Positions 44,192 to 48,611 of a stretch of 48,611 nucleotides of DNA are shown piece after piece; the first letter of the stretch is position 1; every line of letters begins with the position of its first letter. Under the pieces are notes generated by a model. That model was not told where the DNA came from. It did not search any database and saw nothing but the letters and a program-made list of their open reading frames with translations. This DNA is from an uncultured Methanosarcinales archaeon. GTDB lineage: Archaea; Nanobdellota; Nanobdellia; Woesearchaeales; JAGLXL01. A program made the translations under genes and the position numbers. The stretch covers positions 1 through 48,611 of the forward strand of contig CAYIKL010000003.1 in assembly GCA_964364045.1 (NCBI GenBank). The letters run 5' to 3'.

Positions 44192-45088
44192 CTAAGCAGA
44201 ACCTTCCAACTCCCTCAGCATCGGCAGCACATCCTTTGCCTTCTTTATCTTTTCATCAAACGCTCGGGTAAAAAACTGCACGGCTTCAGCGCCCTCGATG
44301 ATAATGCCTGTGGTGACGCCAACATAGCGCAAGCTTAAGCTGACTCTTTTCTCGCTTACATCGATTTGCAGAGGATTGTATTCATCCACCACGTACACTT
44401 TGACATCATACGCCTGTAGTTTCTGGATAATGTCTTTGAGCAGCGCAGCAAACTCATGGCCCAATGTATCACGAAAAAGGTCCATATGGAAATCAAACGT
44501 AGTTTTATCAAACACCACAATCAGCCGTTTTCCCGCTTCAAGCGCATCCTGATATGCTTTATAGATTAAATGAGCCATATCCTGGCCGGGACGTGATATG
44601 GTTGGCCGTGCTTTAGTGACAATGTCACGTATGCGCATGAATGAATCAAAATCACGAGGATACAACAGATATGGAAATGAGCCCTGAATGCACATAATGC
44701 GATACACATTGCTTTCAAGCACCATACTGATATGCGCCTGGGTGAATGCCATGGCATTATGGAGCATGCTCACCTGCTGCCCACTCTGTAAACCAACCAT
44801 CATTTCCGACTGCATGCGCATCATGTCATCAATACGGTTTTGCGTGAAACGCACAATGCTCCGCTTTAAATCAGGAATAGAATACTTAAACGGGCGCTGC
44901 GCGCTCTTTTTCACAATCCCATGCTCAACCAACGCATTGAGATACTCATATATTCTGCCAGTCGGAATCCTGGCTTTCCTGCATAGTTCTTCTGCAGCGA
45001 GCTCTCTACTTCCAAGCTCTTTGATGATAGCAATATGCTTATCTTTGAGTCCAAACTCTTTTCGCAAAGAATGGTAAACCCCCTCCAT
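44192..45088 (-). CDS. TrmB-family transcriptional regulator
   Basis: N-terminal wHTH IAIIKELGSRELAAEELCRKARIPTGRIYEYLNALVEHGIVKK with a large C-terminal domain. ATG 45088 has TATA gtatatatac 26.5 nt upstream. Confidence 0.7.
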   Translation of the reverse strand: MEGVYHSLRKEFGLKDKHIAIIKELGSRELAAEELCRKARIPTGRIYEYLNALVEHGIVKKSAQRPFKYSIPDLKRSIVRFTQNRIDDMMRMQSEMMVGLQSGQQVSMLHNAMAFTQAHISMVLESNVYRIMCIQGSFPYLLYPRDFDSFMRIRDIVTKARPTISRPGQDMAHLIYKAYQDALEAGKRLIVVFDKTTFDFHMDLFRDTLGHEFAALLKDIIQKLQAYDVKVYVVDEYNPLQIDVSEKRVSLSLRYVGVTTGIIIEGAEAVQFFTRAFDEKIKKAKDVLPMLRELEGSA

Positions 45089-45205
45089 GCTGACTATATA
45101 GATATGTAAGTATATATACCTTACCACGAAAAAACGTTTTTTCGGCAGTAACATTCAAATACCCCCATCACGTATATAACTGGAAAATAAGGGGTGAAAT
45201 TAAAT

Positions 45206-45325
45206 ATGGACAAAATTTCTGCCAAATACTACAATCCGGTTGCAATGAAGTCTATTGTATTTAGGAACAGGTTTCGCCGACCAGTCCAGTTCTCCCATGA
45301 ATGGGAAGGGTATGAGGCCTCTTAA
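45206..45325 (+). CDS. Candidate 39-aa small protein (below the ORF-track cutoff)
   Basis: MDKISAKYYNPVAMKSIVFRNRFRRPVQFSHEWEGYEAS. GGGGTGA lies 8 nt before the ATG, and TATA cgtatataac is centred about 27 nt upstream. Confidence 0.35.
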   Translation: MDKISAKYYNPVAMKSIVFRNRFRRPVQFSHEWEGYEAS

Positions 45326-45435
45326 ATTATCTGCTTGCACATTTTTTCTGATGTTTTTACTCCTTCAAAATAGTCAACAAAACTTAATAAACGTCTAAGG
45401 AGTACTTAAGAGAGGAGATTAAAAGAGGAGTGACA

Positions 45436-46239
45436 ATGCAGTTTAAGATACAAAAGAGTGTAAACGAAAACGTCAACAAGTATGCGACAGAGGATGTGAA
45501 GATAGCCCAGCAGTTTGTGCAGAAAGCCAAAGCGGAGTTGGGTGATTTCCTCGTTGCAGTGGTCTTGTTTGGAAGTTCTGCCAGAAGATCTGCCACTGCA
45601 GAATCAGACATTGACGTCTTGTTAGTGGGCGATGACATCTCATTTCAATTAACGCGCCCCTTGGTTGAAACATACCGCATCATTGTTGAAAACACCGTTG
45701 CAGGCATCTCAGACCGATTGCACATCACCAGCATGACATTTACGAGTTTCTGGGAATATGTGAAAGTTGGCGACCCGGTTGCGATAAATATTCTTCGCGA
45801 CGGCGTTGCACTTATGGACAACGGTTTCTTCAATCCATTGCAGATTCTGCTGAGACAAGGAAGAATACGTCCAACAGAAGAGAGCATCTGGCGCTACTTC
45901 GGACGCGCTCCGCGCACATTAATCAACAGCCGCTGGCATTTGCTGCAGGCAACACTCGATTTGTATTGGGCAGTGATGGATGCTGCACATGCTGCGTTAA
46001 TGAAGAAGGGCGAGATTCCTCCCAGCCCAGAGCATGCTGCGGATATGATGGTCGAAAAGCTTATTAAAAAACAGCTGCTTGAGAAAGAATACGCCGAAAC
46101 AATGCGGCGCTTCTACAAACTGAGCAAGATGATTACGCATCGTGAGATTAAAGAGATTAAAGGAAGTGAATATGATCGATATCTTCACGAAGCGACAAGG
46201 TTTGTTGGCCGCATGCGAAAGCTGATAGAGGAAAAATGA
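45436..46239 (+). CDS. Nucleotidyltransferase (Pol-beta superfamily) domain protein with a helical C-terminal domain
   Basis: VVLFGSSARRSATAESDIDVLLVG (G-S...D-x-D) with an alpha-helical C-terminal half. SD GAGGAG lies 7 nt before ATG 45436. Confidence 0.75.
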   Translation: MQFKIQKSVNENVNKYATEDVKIAQQFVQKAKAELGDFLVAVVLFGSSARRSATAESDIDVLLVGDDISFQLTRPLVETYRIIVENTVAGISDRLHITSMTFTSFWEYVKVGDPVAINILRDGVALMDNGFFNPLQILLRQGRIRPTEESIWRYFGRAPRTLINSRWHLLQATLDLYWAVMDAAHAALMKKGEIPPSPEHAADMMVEKLIKKQLLEKEYAETMRRFYKLSKMITHREIKEIKGSEYDRYLHEATRFVGRMRKLIEEK

Positions 46240-46628
46240 AGCTTGCAACTCGCATAAATAACATAGGAAAAAAGAAAGGTCTGAGAAAGCTTGGCCACGT
46301 TATTTTTGCCATAGGCATTATTCTTGCTCTTTTTTTCACATTTGAAAACCCGCCGAATCAGCTCAAGCCATGGCAGGGCCTCATTCTGCTCGCATTTGGG
46401 CTGCTTGTTGGACTCATGGACATTAAGCAGGAGGAGCTCGTGCCGTTTCTGATTGCATTCATCGGCATTATTATCGTATCCAATGCGCCATTGCAGGACG
46501 CAATCACCTACAATCAAATCGGCGCATACCTTAAATCAGTGTTGATCAATATCGCGATATTCCTGACGCTGGGTGTTGTTGCGGTGTGTGCACGAATTAT
46601 CTATCGGATATATAAAGAATCGAGCTAA
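46236..46628 (+). CDS. Small multi-pass membrane protein
   Basis: Three or four hydrophobic segments. ATGA overlap with the preceding gene. Confidence 0.6.
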   Translation: MKLATRINNIGKKKGLRKLGHVIFAIGIILALFFTFENPPNQLKPWQGLILLAFGLLVGLMDIKQEELVPFLIAFIGIIIVSNAPLQDAITYNQIGAYLKSVLINIAIFLTLGVVAVCARIIYRIYKESS

Positions 46629-46667
46629 AAGCTCACATTTATAACTACTAAATATTTAGCCGTGAAC

Positions 46668-48611
46668 ATGAAAAAGCTCACGCTCATCATCCTTCTCCTC
46701 ATGCCCGCACTGGCCAGTGCAGAATCACTTGCTGATTACCAAACGCTGGAGCTGGAATTAACTGAATCATTGCAAGTGGAGATTCTGGATGGAAGCATTG
46801 ACTTCCTGCGCGCATATCTCTATCTCTACCCTAAAGAAGACGCACAGTACAAGATATTGCAGACAACCGCTGTTCCAAAAGCACACGCAGATAGTGATGC
46901 GCTGCTCTACATATGGAACGAACCGAGGGATCAGATGCTCAACTTCTCGCTCAAAAGCAAGTTGACTTCATCAAGCAACAGTCCAAAAATAAAGAAAAAA
47001 ATCCAATTCCCGACAGTTGTTCCAGACGAATTAAAAATATATACACGAACGACTGCGCACATCGACTCAAACAATCCAGCGATCAGAGCACAGGCAAGTG
47101 AGATTGCAGAAGGTGAAAATGATGTGTTTATTGTCCTCTTCAAGCTCGGCAGCTGGGTCGAGCACAACGTTGAGTACGACTTAAGCACGCTTACCGCAGA
47201 CGTGAGCCAGAAAGCCAGCTGGGTGCTGCAAAATCGCATTGGCGTTTGCGATGAAATGACATCACTCTTCATTGCAATGGCACGTAGTCTTGGCATACCC
47301 TCACGCTTTGTTACAGGAGTGAGCCACACGAACCACCCTGCATTTGATACCGAATGGCAAGCGCACGGCTGGGCGGAAGCATACATTCCCACGATTGGCT
47401 GGGTTCCGTTTGACCCAGCCTTCAAGCAGTTTGGCTATGTTGACGCAACCCACATCAAGCTTGGCGACAGCTTTGATCCCGAGCAGACTGCAACAAAGTT
47501 TGAATGGGGAGGAAGTGCAGACATATCACCGGACAATCTTCATTTTGATGTGGATGTGAGCAAAAAAGGAATAAAGAACACACCACGCATCGAGCTGTAT
47601 ACTGAGCCGCTTCGTGACGAGCTCGCATTTGGCTCATACAATGTCATTAAAACAAAAGTAAAGAATAACCTTGACCAGTATACCACTGCAGCACTCTTTC
47701 TATCGATGCCGGCAGAGCTTGCAGCCGAGCAGAAAAAGCAGCACATATTCCTAAAGCCCCATGAAGAGAAAAATGTGCTCTGGCTTGTCAACATTGCTGA
47801 TGAGCTTGACGGGAGATATACGTACACGCTGCCTATCACGATTTCCAGCGAACAGAACATAACAACATATGTTGCGTTTACGGCAAAAGAGCAAGGCACA
47901 TTCATCAGCAAGCAGCAGGCAGAAATGCTCATGTATGAGGGGGAAGAAAAAAAATTCACGCCAAATGTTGTGGTGAATTGCAGCATCACACCGGTAGTGC
48001 TCGCGAATGAAACGATTGATGTTGACTGCACCATCCATAACAAAGGCAACACCGTTCTCGATGACCTGAGCATTTGCAGCGATACATGCAAGACGTTGAT
48101 GCTGTACATTTCAGATGAAAAGAAAGCGAACTTTTCATTCAGCGGCACAAAAGTAGGAAAGTTTGAGCATATCATACAGATGCACAGCGGTGAACTGACA
48201 AAAAGGCTCTATCTTCCCTACGAAGTGCTCGACAAGCCCACTGTTATTATCAAAGACATAACGATACCGGAGAGCATCTCATTTGAAGAAAACTTCAGGC
48301 TTGAATTTGCACTTGACAAGCACTCATACGCCCTACCTCAGCAGATTGTTGTGGATGTCGACGGAGGCAACATCAACGAAGTGTTCCAGCTGGCCAACAT
48401 CAGCTATGTGCACAGTTTCTCCATCTCCTCCCAGGCAAGATACCTTCATGAGGGAAAGAATAATATTACAATTAGCGCACGCTGGCAGGATGTATGGGGA
48501 AACAGCTATACAGAGCAAACAGGAGTTCCCATCACACTGACACAACTCACCTTCACCGAAAAGATAGAGAACTTGTTTCTCCGGTTAGGATTGTGGTTCA
48601 AGAATGGATAG
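46668..48611 (+). CDS. Large secreted transglutaminase-like (Cys-His-Asp) domain protein
   Basis: Signal peptide MKKLTLIILLLMPALASA. Core GVCDEMTSLFIAMARSLGIPSRFV...HGWAEAYIP..GWVPFDP, then a long beta-rich C-terminal region. The stop is at the last bases of the window. Confidence 0.8.
   Translation: MKKLTLIILLLMPALASAESLADYQTLELELTESLQVEILDGSIDFLRAYLYLYPKEDAQYKILQTTAVPKAHADSDALLYIWNEPRDQMLNFSLKSKLTSSSNSPKIKKKIQFPTVVPDELKIYTRTTAHIDSNNPAIRAQASEIAEGENDVFIVLFKLGSWVEHNVEYDLSTLTADVSQKASWVLQNRIGVCDEMTSLFIAMARSLGIPSRFVTGVSHTNHPAFDTEWQAHGWAEAYIPTIGWVPFDPAFKQFGYVDATHIKLGDSFDPEQTATKFEWGGSADISPDNLHFDVDVSKKGIKNTPRIELYTEPLRDELAFGSYNVIKTKVKNNLDQYTTAALFLSMPAELAAEQKKQHIFLKPHEEKNVLWLVNIADELDGRYTYTLPITISSEQNITTYVAFTAKEQGTFISKQQAEMLMYEGEEKKFTPNVVVNCSITPVVLANETIDVDCTIHNKGNTVLDDLSICSDTCKTLMLYISDEKKANFSFSGTKVGKFEHIIQMHSGELTKRLYLPYEVLDKPTVIIKDITIPESISFEENFRLEFALDKHSYALPQQIVVDVDGGNINEVFQLANISYVHSFSISSQARYLHEGKNNITISARWQDVWGNSYTEQTGVPITLTQLTFTEKIENLFLRLGLWFKNG

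Noticed and set aside
1-48611. CRISPR arrays, rRNA genes, integrases or transposases, and known defence-system signatures (Cas, restriction-modification, Argonaute, reverse transcriptase).
   Set aside because: No regularly spaced direct repeats were seen by eye, and no diagnostic protein motifs appear in any translated ORF. The only mobile-element-like feature is the non-autonomous element at 24906-25076.

Overview
This is a gene-dense window, coding on both strands, from an archaeal genome. The archaeal call rests on TFB, aIF2-gamma, SRP54, Cbf5, ribosomal protein S6e, archaeal-type Pth2 and a Trm112-like protein. It is also supported by intron-containing tRNAs and by TATA boxes (consensus TTTATAAA) centred about 26 nt upstream of many ATGs, which implies leaderless mRNAs. 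Domain fusions, short intergenic regions and many lineage-specific hypothetical proteins suggest a small-genome, DPANN-like lineage. That lineage assignment is inference, not a database result.

Recognisable content:
- Salvage and repair: endonuclease III, Nudix, an MTAP-APRT fusion, an Ogt-like protein.
- Translation: aIF2-gamma, ThrRS, Pth2, S6e, Cbf5, three tRNAs.
- A pyrC / pyrE-pyrF-pyrD pyrimidine cluster.
- Transport and membrane: CorA, an AI-2E transporter, a TerC/DUF475-like protein, a PAP2 phosphatase.
- Several methyltransferases, two atypical kinase-like proteins and several wHTH/HTH regulators.

Most notable observations:
1. All three tRNA genes need two introns each: one at canonical 37/38 and one in the T-loop.
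2. A compact operon at 35319-38139 encodes unrecognisable, highly charged proteins plus a tiny 2-TM protein. A TerC-like protein and a 702-aa TIM-barrel protein with a large insertion follow it.
3. A 102-nt GC-rich element at 16403-16504 has a three-way-junction fold. One G-U versus A-C position favours the minus strand.
4. A 171-bp MITE-like element with terminal inverted repeats and a TAATCC direct repeat lies at 24906-25076.
5. There are Rosetta-stone fusions: MTAP-APRT, Mtq2-like methyltransferase with a degenerate kinase, and an unknown domain with AroQ chorismate mutase.
6. Single palindromic TATA boxes sit exactly midway between divergent leaderless genes.

No CRISPR array, rRNA gene or recognisable defence system was seen. 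All calls come from reading the sequence and from remembered family motifs; no searches were run.
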